A stretch of 64,000 nucleotides of DNA from Akkermansiaceae bacterium (GTDB taxonomy: Bacteria; Verrucomicrobiota; Verrucomicrobiia; Verrucomicrobiales; Akkermansiaceae): contig JANOKJ010000185.1 of the NCBI GenBank assembly GCA_031419275.1, positions 5,649-69,648 of the forward strand, written 5' to 3'. Position numbers and translations under genes: made by a program. Positions 48,386 to 58,242 of this stretch are shown piece after piece. Position 1 is the first letter of the stretch; every line of letters begins with the position of its first letter. The notes under the pieces were generated by a model that was not told where the DNA came from, made no database searches, and worked only from the letters and a program-made list of their open reading frames with translations.

Positions 48386-48928
48386 ATGACTTGGTTTTAT
48401 TCAAAGCACGGTAAGCAGTTGGGTCCGATTAGTGAGGAGGATTTTTCCAGTAAATGTGCTAGTGGCGAAATTTTACCTACGGATTTGGTGTGGAAGGAAG
48501 GAATGTCTGATTGGAAACCTTCATCTGAATTTATCGCCTTATCGTTGACTCAAAAAATCGCTGCTTCCCCCAATTTTGACAAGCCATATGAATCGAGTGT
48601 TGGAAACGTCATGGTGGCACAGCCGCCGCCCGTCGATGTTCAGTTCATCCCACAAAAATTTCCAAATTATCAATGGCAGTCGATCGTCGCTTTGGTGCTT
48701 GGGGGCGTTCAGATGATGATAATTTGTATACCGTTAGGACTCATTTTTGGTATTATTGCTTTGGTATATTCCAATAAAGTGGAGCCGTATTTCATGCAGC
48801 AAAACTATATCGCGGCACAAGATGCGTCCAGAAATGCCAAGATATGGATGATTGTCAGCCTATCGATGGCTGGAATGGTCATTTTAGGAGGCATTGGATT
48901 TTTCATCATCATGATTGTAAGTGCATAG
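48386..48928 (+). CDS. GYF_2 (DUF4339) + CD225/dispanin protein, paralog 1
   Basis: WFY...QLGP...LVWKEGMSDW; NYQWQSIV...FGIIALVYSNKV...AQDASRNAKIW. Confidence 0.8.
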   Translation: MTWFYSKHGKQLGPISEEDFSSKCASGEILPTDLVWKEGMSDWKPSSEFIALSLTQKIAASPNFDKPYESSVGNVMVAQPPPVDVQFIPQKFPNYQWQSIVALVLGGVQMMIICIPLGLIFGIIALVYSNKVEPYFMQQNYIAAQDASRNAKIWMIVSLSMAGMVILGGIGFFIIMIVSA

Positions 48929-48989
48929 TGGATTAGATTTCTCAGCGTAGCCTTGACGGATTAGGGGGAAAGGCAATTATGTCTTCATT

Positions 48990-49466
48990 ATGACATGGTT
49001 TTACACATCAAACGGAACGCAAGCTGGACCTATTACACAGCAAGAACTCGCTGCTAAAGTGCAGAGTGGTGAAGTGACAGCTACTGATTTGATCTGGAAA
49101 GAGGGTATGTCAGATTGGCTCCCAATGAACCAAGTTCCTGAATTTTCCGTTGGTGCAGTAAATACGCCTTCTCAATTTGGTATGCCAATGGCTCAACCCA
49201 GTGCTTATGCTTCTTCCCCACAACCGCATGTTACTAACTATCTTTGGCAATCGATTGTGGTCACTTTATTATGCTGCTTGCCGTTCGGTATTGTAGCCAT
49301 TGTTTTTGCTGCCAAAGTTGACGGATTGGTTGCTGCTGGTGATATTGCTGGTGCACAAGCTGCGTCTAAAACTGCAAAATTATGGGTCAATCTTTCTGTA
49401 GGCTTTTTCTTTTTGCTACTAGTGATCGGGGGCATTTCTACTGCTCTTGAAGAAGGCCGCATGTGA
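48990..49466 (+). CDS. GYF_2 (DUF4339) + CD225/dispanin protein, paralog 2
   Basis: WFY..NGTQAGP...LIWKEGMSDW; NYLWQSIVVTLLCCLPFGIVAIVFAAKVD...GD..GAQAASKTAKLW. Confidence 0.88.
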   Translation: MTWFYTSNGTQAGPITQQELAAKVQSGEVTATDLIWKEGMSDWLPMNQVPEFSVGAVNTPSQFGMPMAQPSAYASSPQPHVTNYLWQSIVVTLLCCLPFGIVAIVFAAKVDGLVAAGDIAGAQAASKTAKLWVNLSVGFFFLLLVIGGISTALEEGRM

Positions 49467-49852
49467 ATATTTTCCTAATGCGCAAAGACCGTGCATTGTT
49501 AGTTAGCCTGACGGTTCTGATTCTGGCCGTCGCTGCATATGCTTTGCGAGAAACTGGTGGCGCTGGCTGGATGCCGGGTTGTTTTTTTCGGAAAATCACT
49601 GGTTTGGAATGTCCGGGTTGTGGAATGACGCGAGGAACGACTGCCCTTTTGCAGGGTCGGTTTATAGATGCGTTTCTTTTCAATCCGGTTGGAATGATCC
49701 TTTTTCCTCTGGCTTTAATTGGATTGAGTATTGAGGTTTTGGCATGGGTGATGAATCGACCGCCGGTGTTTAGACTCAATCCAGGACGATGGGGCGCGAC
49801 GATTCTTGCAGTCGTCTTGATCGCTTGGTGGATTGGACGAAATATTTTTTGA
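49463..49852 (+). CDS. DUF2752 membrane protein
   Basis: CFFRKITGLECPGCGMTR, AF.FNP, terminal RN; start may be ATG 49478. Confidence 0.88.
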   Translation: MNIFLMRKDRALLVSLTVLILAVAAYALRETGGAGWMPGCFFRKITGLECPGCGMTRGTTALLQGRFIDAFLFNPVGMILFPLALIGLSIEVLAWVMNRPPVFRLNPGRWGATILAVVLIAWWIGRNIF

Positions 49853-49911
49853 ATGTCTCAAGCGCTCTAAGTTTCCTTGCGGCTGGTGGGTAGTGAGTCT
49901 AATTTCTGCGC

Positions 49912-50658
49912 ATGAGTCTTTTATTGGGAGTTAATATTGATCATGTCGCGACATTGCGGCAGGCGAGGTATGCGCTGCAGCCGGATTCTCCGAATGCGGA
50001 ACCGTGTGTTGTTTTGGCGGCACATGAAGCGAAGGCAGGTGGTGCGGACTCGATCACGGTGCATGTGCGAGGAGATCGCAGGCACATGCAGGATGCGGAT
50101 GTGTTTCGGATTCGTGAGGAAGTGGAGATTCCGCTCAATCTTGAACTCGGGATCACTGAGGAAATGTTGGATTTGGCGTTTCGCTTGAAACCGGATTTTG
50201 CCTGTTTGGTTCCGGAAACTCGTGAGGAGGTGACGACCGAAGGCGGGCTGGACGTAGTCTCGCTTTTCGGTACGGCGAGGGAGGCGGTGAAGCGACTCAA
50301 AGATGCAGGGATCAAAGTCAGTTTGTTTATCGATCCGATAGAAGAGCATGTTCGGGAAGCTGCTCGTATGGAGGCGGATATGATTGAGTTGCACACGGGT
50401 GCGTTTGCGAATGCGCTTAATAAGTCGGATGAAATTAAACGGTTGATCGCCGCTGCACAGCTTGGAAAAGAGCTTGGGTTGCAGGTCAATGCGGGTCACG
50501 GCATCAATTACCTGAATCTTCCCGATGTGTTGAAAGTTCCTTTTTTGAGCGAGTTGAATATTGGGCACAGCATTGTTTCACGTGCAATGACGGTGGGGAT
50601 GCGCGCTGCGGTTTCGGAGATGGCGGCGGGTATGAAATCTTACTCTTTTCAATCATGA
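49912..50658 (+). CDS. pdxJ: Pyridoxine 5'-phosphate synthase
   Basis: LGVNIDHVATLRQAR, TTEGGLD, IELHTG, NAGHG, ELNIGHSI. Confidence 0.97.
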   Translation: MSLLLGVNIDHVATLRQARYALQPDSPNAEPCVVLAAHEAKAGGADSITVHVRGDRRHMQDADVFRIREEVEIPLNLELGITEEMLDLAFRLKPDFACLVPETREEVTTEGGLDVVSLFGTAREAVKRLKDAGIKVSLFIDPIEEHVREAARMEADMIELHTGAFANALNKSDEIKRLIAAAQLGKELGLQVNAGHGINYLNLPDVLKVPFLSELNIGHSIVSRAMTVGMRAAVSEMAAGMKSYSFQS

Positions 50659-51044
50659 TGATTTACGGAATAGGGATTGATGTGGTGGAGGTGGATCGCA
50701 TTGAGGAAGCGATCGCGCGGCAGGGCGAAGTGTTTCTCAGGAAACTTTTTACCGAAAATGAACGGCATTACTGTGAGAAACAGAAGCGACCTGGAATGCA
50801 TTACGCGGCTAGATTTGCGGCAAAAGAGGCAGTTTCAAAAGCGCTCGGCACAGGCATAGGTGGTAAGGCGGGTTGGTTGGAAATGGAAGTGGTTCGGGGG
50901 GAATCCGGAGCGCCGACGATGATTTTTCACGGGCATGCTTTGGAATTCCTGGCAACGGAGGGCATTGCTGAAGTGCAGGTAAGTCTCACGCATGCGAGGG
51001 ATTATGCTGCGGCGAATGCGGTGGCGATCCGGCAGATGGCGTGA
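50655..51044 (+). CDS. acpS: Holo-ACP synthase
   Basis: GIGIDVVE, AARFAAKEAVSKALGTG, VSLTH. Confidence 0.96.
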   Translation: MMIYGIGIDVVEVDRIEEAIARQGEVFLRKLFTENERHYCEKQKRPGMHYAARFAAKEAVSKALGTGIGGKAGWLEMEVVRGESGAPTMIFHGHALEFLATEGIAEVQVSLTHARDYAAANAVAIRQMA

Positions 51045-51057
51045 TAAATTTTAATAT

Positions 51058-51098
51058 TTTCAACGCAAAGCAGCAAAGATCGCTAAGGTTCGCAAAGC
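51058..51098 (+). repeat. Solo nonamer array arm
   Basis: TTTCAACGCAAAGCAGCAAAGATCGCTAAGGTTCGCAAAGC. Confidence 0.8.
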
Positions 51099-51208
51099 TA
51101 AGGTTGAAGTTAGATGAGGTATTGAGAGGTATCAGATTTCTAAATAGACCCTATGATCGAACTGCAAGGTGACTTGCCAAGTCGGCTTGGATAGAGAAAG
51201 CTAGGCAC

Positions 51209-52195
51209 ATGGAAATGATGGTCAGAGCGAGAAGAAATCGGCGGAGTGCGGCGATTCGTGGGTTGGTTCGTGAAACCCGGCTTGCGGTGGAGGATTTGAT
51301 TCTTCCCATGTTTTTTCATGCGGATGCCGAGGATGTTGCGATTGATTCGATGCCGGGCTGCACGCGTTGGTCCGTTCATGGGTTGTTGAAAGAGATTTCG
51401 GAGGTTCGTGATTTAGGAATACGGGCAGTGGTGCTTTTTCCTAAAATTGAGGACGCGTTGAAAAATTCCCAAGGTAGCGAGTCAGCGAACGACCATGGCT
51501 TGGTGCCGCAGGTGATTCGGGAAATCAAAAAACGTTTTCCGGAGATGTGCGTGATCACAGATGTCGCGCTCGATCCTTACAATTCAGACGGGCACGACGG
51601 TTTGGTGGTGCGTGGTTGTGATGGAGAGTTAAAAATTTTGAATGATGAAACGGTTGAGGTGCTATGTCTTCAGGCGCTGTGCCACGCGAGAGCGGGTGCG
51701 GACATCGTCGCTCCGTCGGACATGATGGACGGTCGAGTTGGAGCCATTCGTGTTGCTCTTGATGAAGCGGGGTTCACCGAAGTCGGAATCATGTCCTACA
51801 CGGCAAAATATGCATCGGCATTTTACGGACCGTTCCGTGGAGCGCTCGATTCAGCGCCGAAAGAAGGTGATAAGAAAACTTATCAGATGGATCCCGGAAA
51901 TGTGCGTGAAGCGATCCGTGAGTTGTTGATGGATGAGGAAGAAGGTGCAGATATCGTAATGGTGAAACCTGCGGGTCCGTATCTCGATGTGATCGCGCGT
52001 TTGCGGGATGAGACGACCTTGCCGATCGCGGCGTATCAGGTTAGCGGAGAATATCTGATGATCAAAGCGGCGTGCGCGAGTGGTTGGTTGGATGAGAAGG
52101 CTGTGGTTCTGGAAAGTCTTTTGGGGATACGCCGCGCGGGTGCGGATATGATCCTGACATACTTTGCGAAAGACGTGGCGAAGTGGATTCGATAG
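51209..52195 (+). CDS. hemB: Porphobilinogen synthase (Asp-rich, non-Zn type)
   Basis: DVALDPYNSDGHDG, APSDMMDGR, YGPFR, KKTYQMD, MVKP, AYQVSGEY. Confidence 0.97.
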   Translation: MEMMVRARRNRRSAAIRGLVRETRLAVEDLILPMFFHADAEDVAIDSMPGCTRWSVHGLLKEISEVRDLGIRAVVLFPKIEDALKNSQGSESANDHGLVPQVIREIKKRFPEMCVITDVALDPYNSDGHDGLVVRGCDGELKILNDETVEVLCLQALCHARAGADIVAPSDMMDGRVGAIRVALDEAGFTEVGIMSYTAKYASAFYGPFRGALDSAPKEGDKKTYQMDPGNVREAIRELLMDEEEGADIVMVKPAGPYLDVIARLRDETTLPIAAYQVSGEYLMIKAACASGWLDEKAVVLESLLGIRRAGADMILTYFAKDVAKWIR

Positions 52196-52210
52196 GGGAT
52201 GAAGAGATTC

Positions 52211-52325
52211 TAACCAAGAATGCCACAAATAACACGAATAACACGAATAACACGAATAACACGAATGTGATAATAATGGGGGATAATTTTTCTTATCTAA
52301 CAAAATTCGTGCCATTCGTGGTTAA
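52211..52325. repeat. Inverted nonamer element, (AACACGAAT)4
   Basis: AACACGAAT x4 at 52231-52266; right arm ATTCGTGCCATTCGTGGTTAA. Confidence 0.85.
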
Positions 52326-52340
52326 AAATTCCTAAGATCA

Positions 52341-53513
52341 ATGGATTTTGCAGAGCTAAAAAATTATTTTGAGGAGAACTTCGCGGAGCGTGGGGAGTTG
52401 GGGGCTGGGCTGAGTGTTTGGAAAGATGGGGAAGAGATCGTTGCGCTCGCGGGAGGATATAAGGATAGGAATCGAACTGAGAAATGGAATATTAAGACCA
52501 TAGCACCCGTTTATTCGGCGACCAAAGGTCCGGCTGCGGCAACTTTGTTACATGCGCTTTCCAAACATGGCTTGGATGAAAACGATTTAGTGAGCGAGGT
52601 TTGGATCGGGTTTCCATTAGAGGCTGCGACTTTCGGCCAGATGCTTTCCCATCAATGCGGGTTGGCTGCATTGTCGGAAAATGCGGATATCTACGATCAT
52701 CGCGCCGTGATCGCGGCCATAGAACAAACCACGCCCGAGTGGTCGCCGGGTCTTGGTCATGGCTATCATCCGAGAACGTTTGGATTTATATTAGATGAAT
52801 GTGTGCGTCGTCTCACAGGAAAGAAACTGGGCGATTTTTGGAACTGTGAAATCGCCAGGCCGATGGAAATCGATTTCTGGATCGGTTTACCAGAAAGTGA
52901 ATGGGGACGCGTGGCGCAGTTGGTTCCCGGAAGAGCGAAGCCGTCCGCTTTTGAAGAAGGTTTTTACCAGATTTATGCCCACTCAGGCACTCTCACACGA
53001 AGGGCTTTTTCTTCGCCACGCGGGTTGCATGCGATTGCGGAAATGAATGAGCCAAAAGCTTGGTCGGCAGGTTTTTCGGCGATGGGTGGTGTGGGTTCGG
53101 CAAGTGGTCTGGCGAAGTTTTATCAATGCGCGATCGGTGCTTTGGAAAGTCCACTTTCAGCTGGAGTGCGACGAGCTCTCGGGAATTTGCAGATTTCAGG
53201 TGAGGATAAGGTGCTTCTTCGTGAAACCGCTTTCACCTGTGGTTGTCAGAAAGATCCGGTCGATGCATTTGGAAAGAAAAAGCGATTTTTGTATGGAAGC
53301 TCAACAGCGGCCTTCGGTCATCCTGGTGCGGGCGGAAGTCATGGATTTGGTGATCCGACGAGCGGCGTATCGTTTGGATACGTGATGAATCAGATGGAAC
53401 TCAGCGTGATGCCAGGTGAGAGGTGTGTGGGCTTGGTTGAGAGAGTGGGTTCAACATGTTCCGTCCCCTTTTCCTCTTCCACAGACGGCTCTTCAATCTA
53501 TTCTCCGCCCTAG
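52341..53513 (+). CDS. Serine hydrolase, beta-lactamase/esterase family
   Basis: YSATKG (SxxK), LSHQCGL, GYH..TFG, FGHPGAGGS. Confidence 0.9.
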   Translation: MDFAELKNYFEENFAERGELGAGLSVWKDGEEIVALAGGYKDRNRTEKWNIKTIAPVYSATKGPAAATLLHALSKHGLDENDLVSEVWIGFPLEAATFGQMLSHQCGLAALSENADIYDHRAVIAAIEQTTPEWSPGLGHGYHPRTFGFILDECVRRLTGKKLGDFWNCEIARPMEIDFWIGLPESEWGRVAQLVPGRAKPSAFEEGFYQIYAHSGTLTRRAFSSPRGLHAIAEMNEPKAWSAGFSAMGGVGSASGLAKFYQCAIGALESPLSAGVRRALGNLQISGEDKVLLRETAFTCGCQKDPVDAFGKKKRFLYGSSTAAFGHPGAGGSHGFGDPTSGVSFGYVMNQMELSVMPGERCVGLVERVGSTCSVPFSSSTDGSSIYSPP

Positions 53514-53562
53514 GTGAAAAATCAAATTCCAAGCATTCATTTATGGGGTGTATAGAAGTGGG

Positions 53563-53916
53563 TTACTTTTTCTTCGCCTTCTCTTCTTCTTTAAACTTCT
53601 CTAACTCTTTGCCGAGTCCTAACATGTCTGAAATTTCAGATTTTGACAGTGAGCTGTCGCGGTTTTTGTTGGCTTCGTCAAATTTTTTACCAGCTGCTTC
53701 CTTGTCGGTTTCGTCGGCTAGGTATTCTTCGCGACGGACTGAGCCGTCCTTGTTCTTATCCTTATCTTCGAGGAAGTCAGCGATGGCTTCGCGATCTTTT
53801 TCCTTGATGGCCCTTTCTTTTTCGCGGGCTTCTTTTTTTGGGTCCTTCTTTTGGGTGGCCGCTTCAGCAGGCACGACGAGCATCAGAGCGGCGAGAAGTA
53901 GAATGAGTTTTTTCAT
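53563..53916 (-). CDS. Secreted EF-hand protein
   Basis: Signal peptide; DKNKDGSVRREE and NKNRDSSLSKSE loops. Confidence 0.85.
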   Translation of the reverse strand: MKKLILLLAALMLVVPAEAATQKKDPKKEAREKERAIKEKDREAIADFLEDKDKNKDGSVRREEYLADETDKEAAGKKFDEANKNRDSSLSKSEISDMLGLGKELEKFKEEEKAKKK

Positions 53917-54111
53917 AGGGAGTGGGTAGTTTAATAGCTCGTGAACATAACCGAAAAATGGCCGAGCACAATCTCAATTGTGGTTTTCCTGGGTGTCTGA
54001 TGAAAATCGTTTAGCGAGCGGATTCCATCCAACCATTGAGGATTTCCACGGAGTGCTGCTGGTGTCGTGCATCCTTATCGCTCTGTGTGCGATTTCGTAT
54101 AAACAATTTAC

Positions 54112-54486
54112 CTATTCACGCGCGCAATGGGCGTCTGCGTATATTTTGCAAGGGTGGCAGACGATGTAGAGGTCTTCATCTGGTCCGCGCGGTCTACTGC
54201 AGTATTGGTGTTTCATTCTGGAGTTACAAAGTGGGCATTTGGGACGTGGAGTGTAAATGCCGAGGAAGAATGAGAGGATCAGTATGATTCCAAATACGAT
54301 GATAAATCCCCATGCTGCGGTGTCACTGCCGAAATATCCAGCAACTAGCATTCCGAAAAATGATGCTCCGCCGATAACTAAAGCACGATAGAAGATGCGG
54401 GATTTAAAGACAGCGTGTTGGGAAATGGTCCGCTGTAATCCACCGTGGCATGAGTAATCGCGGTTTGGATAAGCTCTGATTTGCAT
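54112..54486 (-). CDS. Hypothetical 2-TM protein with C-terminal CxxC...CxxC
   Basis: Two hydrophobic helices; CPLC and CHPC. Confidence 0.6.
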   Translation of the reverse strand: MQIRAYPNRDYSCHGGLQRTISQHAVFKSRIFYRALVIGGASFFGMLVAGYFGSDTAAWGFIIVFGIILILSFFLGIYTPRPKCPLCNSRMKHQYCSRPRGPDEDLYIVCHPCKIYADAHCARE

Positions 54487-54528
54487 GGAGATGTATAAAA
54501 TCTAATTCTCTAATACTTCTCGTTTCAC

Positions 54529-54552
54529 ACGGCGACCGAAGATCGCCGCTAC
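54529..54552 (-). repeat. REP family C overlapping the thiG stop
   Basis: Minus strand GTAGCGGCGATCTTCGGTCGCCGT. Confidence 0.8.
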
Positions 54553-55322
54553 TTTGTTAGAAACGCTGTTAGTGGAGAGGTCGCGTTGGCGGTTTGGGAG
54601 GGTTCGGGGAGGCCGAGTTCGAAGGCGGTGCGACCGGCTTGCACGGCTTGTTTGAAAGCGATGGCCATTTTTACGGGATCAGAGGCGATGGCGATGGCGG
54701 TGTTGACGAGGACGGCATCGGCGCCGAGTTCCATGGCTTCTGCGGCATGTGATGGTGCGCCGATTCCTGCATCGACGACGACTGGGACGATGGCTTGGGC
54801 GATGATGATGGCGATTTGATCACGAGTGGTGATGCCTTTGTTAGAACCGATGGGTGAACCGAGCGGCATGACTGTGGCACAGCCGCATTCCTGAAGGCGC
54901 TTCGCGAGGACGGGATCGGCGTTGATGTAAGGGAGGACGGTGAAACCTTCTTTGACGAGGATTTCAGCGGCTTTGAGGGTTTCGATGGGATCGGGGAGGA
55001 GGTAGGTGGGATCGGGATGGATTTCGAGTTTGATCCATTTCGGCAGGCCGGCGGAGTGGGCGAGGCGAGCGAGGCGTACGGCTTCATCGGCATTCATCGC
55101 GCCGCTGGTATTGGCGAGCAGGAGGTATTTTTCGGGATCGACGAAATCGAGGATGTTAGCGAAGGGATCGCTTTTTCCTGAGAGGTCCGCGCGGCGGAGG
55201 GCGACGGTGACGATTTCGGTTCCTGAGGCGGCGAGGGCATCGCGCATGGATTCGTTGGAAGGGAATTTACCTGTTCCAAGAAAGAGGCGGGAAGAGAAGG
55301 TGCGGTCTGCGATTTTAAGCAT
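54549..55322 (-). CDS. thiG: Thiazole synthase
   Basis: [38 protein letters not shown]. Confidence 0.97.
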   Translation of the reverse strand: MLKIADRTFSSRLFLGTGKFPSNESMRDALAASGTEIVTVALRRADLSGKSDPFANILDFVDPEKYLLLANTSGAMNADEAVRLARLAHSAGLPKWIKLEIHPDPTYLLPDPIETLKAAEILVKEGFTVLPYINADPVLAKRLQECGCATVMPLGSPIGSNKGITTRDQIAIIIAQAIVPVVVDAGIGAPSHAAEAMELGADAVLVNTAIAIASDPVKMAIAFKQAVQAGRTAFELGLPEPSQTANATSPLTAFLTK

Positions 55323-55338
55323 GAAGTTTGCTAGTTTT

Positions 55339-55953
55339 CTAGTGTTCAGTTTTCAGGAAAGAGAGTTTTTGTGAGAGCCAATGCTCGAATGCTTGGTGGT
55401 TGTGAAGGTCGTAGAGATGGGTTTGGAAGCCCAGTTGTTGTCCGGTGGCGATGTTGGCAGGCAGGTCGTCGATGTAGAGAGTGTTTTCGGGGACGAGGGA
55501 ATATTTGTCGATAGCGTGTTGGTAGATTTCTGGCTGGGGTTTGATGGCACCGACTTCGTAGGATAAGACGGCGCCGTGGAACAGGGAGAATTCTGGGAAA
55601 TTTTCGAAAATCCACGGGGAGTGGATGCCGTTGATGTTGGAAAAGAGGATGAGGCGATGTCCGGCGGCGTGGAGTTTGTGGGCGGTTTCCCACATCGGCT
55701 GGTTGGGGGTGAAGATGTTGCGCCAGGCGTGGTGGAAAACTTCGGTGGAGGCATCGGAGTCGAGCGTTTCAAGTGCCCAACGGGTATAATCTTCGGTGCT
55801 GATCTGGCCGGCTTCGAACTCGTCTTTGCGGGCGAGTAATGTTTCGAGAGCGGCGGCAGGATCGGGGTGAGTGCTAGGGAGAAATTTACGGAGAGAGGTT
55901 TCAAAATCAAAGTCGAGTAGCACTTTTCCGATATCGAAGAGGAAGTCTGGCAT
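55339..55953 (-). CDS. HAD family phosphatase (YihX-like)
   Basis: [13 protein letters not shown]...IY, YIDD...N. Confidence 0.9.
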   Translation of the reverse strand: MPDFLFDIGKVLLDFDFETSLRKFLPSTHPDPAAALETLLARKDEFEAGQISTEDYTRWALETLDSDASTEVFHHAWRNIFTPNQPMWETAHKLHAAGHRLILFSNINGIHSPWIFENFPEFSLFHGAVLSYEVGAIKPQPEIYQHAIDKYSLVPENTLYIDDLPANIATGQQLGFQTHLYDLHNHQAFEHWLSQKLSFLKTEH

Positions 55954-56004
55954 GGTATTAAATTTCAAATCTCAAAATTCAAATTTCAATGAAGAGGAAA
56001 ACGA

Positions 56005-57108
56005 TCAAATCTTTTCAAGGATGAAATTGGCGGCGGTGATGGCGCCGTTGTTGCAATCGTGTTTCGCGAGATTGCTTTTCATGACACGCCACTCAGCGGC
56101 GTCGTTGGCGAGAAGATTAAAGACGGCTTGGGTGAGGTCTTTTGGATCTTCGGCGAGGTCGCCTGCGTGGAGATGTTGGAGGAGTTGGAGGTTTCCTTCT
56201 TCTTGTCCGGGGACGAGGTGATGGATCAGCATGGGGCACTGCGCGGCGATGGCTTCGTGAACAGTCGCACCACCGGCTTTACCGATCACGAGGTGATGTT
56301 TGTTTAGTAGATGGGGGACTTTTTTTGTCCAACCTAACAAGCGAACACGGCTGGGATACTCCGCTTTGATTTCTGCTGCGCGGGAGTAGAGCGATCGGAA
56401 ATTTTTTCCCATCACGATGGTTAAGTGGACATCGGGTGAGGCGTTAAGTAAGGCGCGGGAGTGGCGTCTGACGAAGGGTTTTTTCGCGGTTGGGAAATAG
56501 AGGACGCGGAATGGTTTGTGCGGTTCATCGGCGCTCACGGGTGTGAGTGAGGTGAACATCGGATTCACGGGGAAACCGGTACTGATGATTTTATTTTCCG
56601 GAATGCCCCATGAGCTCATCGCATCGACCGTGAAGCGATCTGTCACGAGAAAGTAATCCGTTGGAGCGCGTAGCCATGAGGCGTTGATTTCGATAGAGTC
56701 GGTTACGACGGTGAAAACGGGAATGCGTTTGCCGGTCTCTTGAAAATGACGTTCGAGGAAGTAGGGATAGATCGGGTAGGTGGAAGCGATGGCGTCAGGT
56801 TGGTATTCGTGAACTAGGGTTTGTAAGTAGCTTTCCGGGCGACGCATGAGGGGCATGCGTGGCTCAGAGAAGTCGCATTCGTCGGTGGCGCGGTAGATTT
56901 TTTCCCAGATTTTTGGGAAATGAGTGGTGACCAAGCGGTAGCCCCATTGAAGGACGGAAGTTGCATGGGGCGCTGCAAGCACGCAGGGATCGACGACTCG
57001 GGCCTCCATCCCGAGTTTTTGAAAAGCCAGCGCGAGGTTGCGTGCGGCGCTGTTGTGTCCTTCACCGAATGCAGCGGTGATGATAAGTATGCGTTTTTTT
57101 TCCGACAT
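56005..57108 (-). CDS. MGDG synthase/UgtP-like glycosyltransferase (GT28)
   Basis: TAAFGEGHNSAA, TVVTD, TGFPV, KAGGATVHEA, PGQEEGN. Confidence 0.9.
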   Translation of the reverse strand: MSEKKRILIITAAFGEGHNSAARNLALAFQKLGMEARVVDPCVLAAPHATSVLQWGYRLVTTHFPKIWEKIYRATDECDFSEPRMPLMRRPESYLQTLVHEYQPDAIASTYPIYPYFLERHFQETGKRIPVFTVVTDSIEINASWLRAPTDYFLVTDRFTVDAMSSWGIPENKIISTGFPVNPMFTSLTPVSADEPHKPFRVLYFPTAKKPFVRRHSRALLNASPDVHLTIVMGKNFRSLYSRAAEIKAEYPSRVRLLGWTKKVPHLLNKHHLVIGKAGGATVHEAIAAQCPMLIHHLVPGQEEGNLQLLQHLHAGDLAEDPKDLTQAVFNLLANDAAEWRVMKSNLAKHDCNNGAITAANFILEKI

Positions 57109-57186
57109 CTTGAATTTGCTCGGGGCGACTTTAAAACAGAGTGCGGCATTGCGTCGATGGACTTTTCTGCTTTCCTTGTCTCGCCG

Positions 57187-58242
57187 ATGCGAAAAAAGGA
57201 CGATAAACCGAATTTAAGAACTGTGGATGAAAGTCCTGAGGGGGAGGTTTTGCGTCCGGAGGGGCAGCCAGTGGCTGAAAATGAAGGGAATGTGAGATTG
57301 GAGATAAAGGAACGGAGTGAACTAAAGTTCAAGACGCATGAGTCAAAGCTTGATGCATGGGAGGGACCGAATGACGTGACTTTGGAGGATGATTGGAACA
57401 CAGAGAAACAGCCAGTGCGGTTACATAAAGGATTTTGGATTGCGATAGGTCTGGTTTTACTGGCTGCTATAGGTTGGCTGTCGGTTGAGATTTATGGGCT
57501 GAAGAGGCAGGAGGAACAACAGATTTTAGAGGCTCAGAGGTTATTGGAGCGTGAAAAGCAGGCTGAAATTGATGCTCGCCAGACCATTGATGTTATTGGG
57601 GAGGTCGTCAGGAAATTTTATGCATCGAGTTCAACTGATGAAATGTTGAAATATGTCAGGCACCCAGACCGCGTAGGTCCGTCATTGAGAGAATACTATT
57701 CCAAGAATCCGATGAAAGGATCCGAGGTGGTTTGGGCTGTGGATATGAATCCGATGACCCTTGGAACTCGTGGAGGATTTTGGGTGGTTCAGGCGAAGCT
57801 TAGTTCGGGTATAGATGGGAGGCTGGTGGTTGAGATAAATAGTCCGACGGATGTGAAGGTGGATTGGGAGACGAGTGTTTGCGCCCAGCCGATGGAATGG
57901 GAGCGATTCGTGAAAGACCGACCTGCTGGCTATCGCGGGGATTTTCGCGTGTTTGTGCAAATCGATAATTTCTACAACTACGAGTTCGCGGATGAACGGA
58001 AATATCAAGCCTTCAAACTAACTACTCTGAATAGTAGTGAGGTAATGTATGGGTATGCGTTACGTGATGGGCAGACATTTCGAGTGCTCGAGGAGTTGAT
58101 TAAGAATAATAGAAATGAGAAAGTGCCGGTGATGTTGCGGCTGTATTTGCAAGAAGGGTTTCAATCGAAGGACGGAGTGCTGATTGAGCAGATTGTGTCA
58201 CCGAGATGGTTGTTAGTAGACTACCCGGAGGGAAAAAAATGA
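57187..58242 (+). CDS. Hypothetical single-TM protein
   Basis: Acidic N-terminus, one TM, large C-terminal domain (KVDWE); ATGA overlap with the next gene. Confidence 0.75.
   Translation: MRKKDDKPNLRTVDESPEGEVLRPEGQPVAENEGNVRLEIKERSELKFKTHESKLDAWEGPNDVTLEDDWNTEKQPVRLHKGFWIAIGLVLLAAIGWLSVEIYGLKRQEEQQILEAQRLLEREKQAEIDARQTIDVIGEVVRKFYASSSTDEMLKYVRHPDRVGPSLREYYSKNPMKGSEVVWAVDMNPMTLGTRGGFWVVQAKLSSGIDGRLVVEINSPTDVKVDWETSVCAQPMEWERFVKDRPAGYRGDFRVFVQIDNFYNYEFADERKYQAFKLTTLNSSEVMYGYALRDGQTFRVLEELIKNNRNEKVPVMLRLYLQEGFQSKDGVLIEQIVSPRWLLVDYPEGKK

Noticed and set aside
52341-53513. Antibiotic-resistance beta-lactamase linked to the BlaI gene
   Set aside because: No signal peptide, esterase-like motifs, 6 kb from the BlaI gene, and no BlaR sensor
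55323-55345. TPP riboswitch upstream of thiG
   Set aside because: thiG starts 16 nt after the HAD gene stop; no room and no TPP consensus
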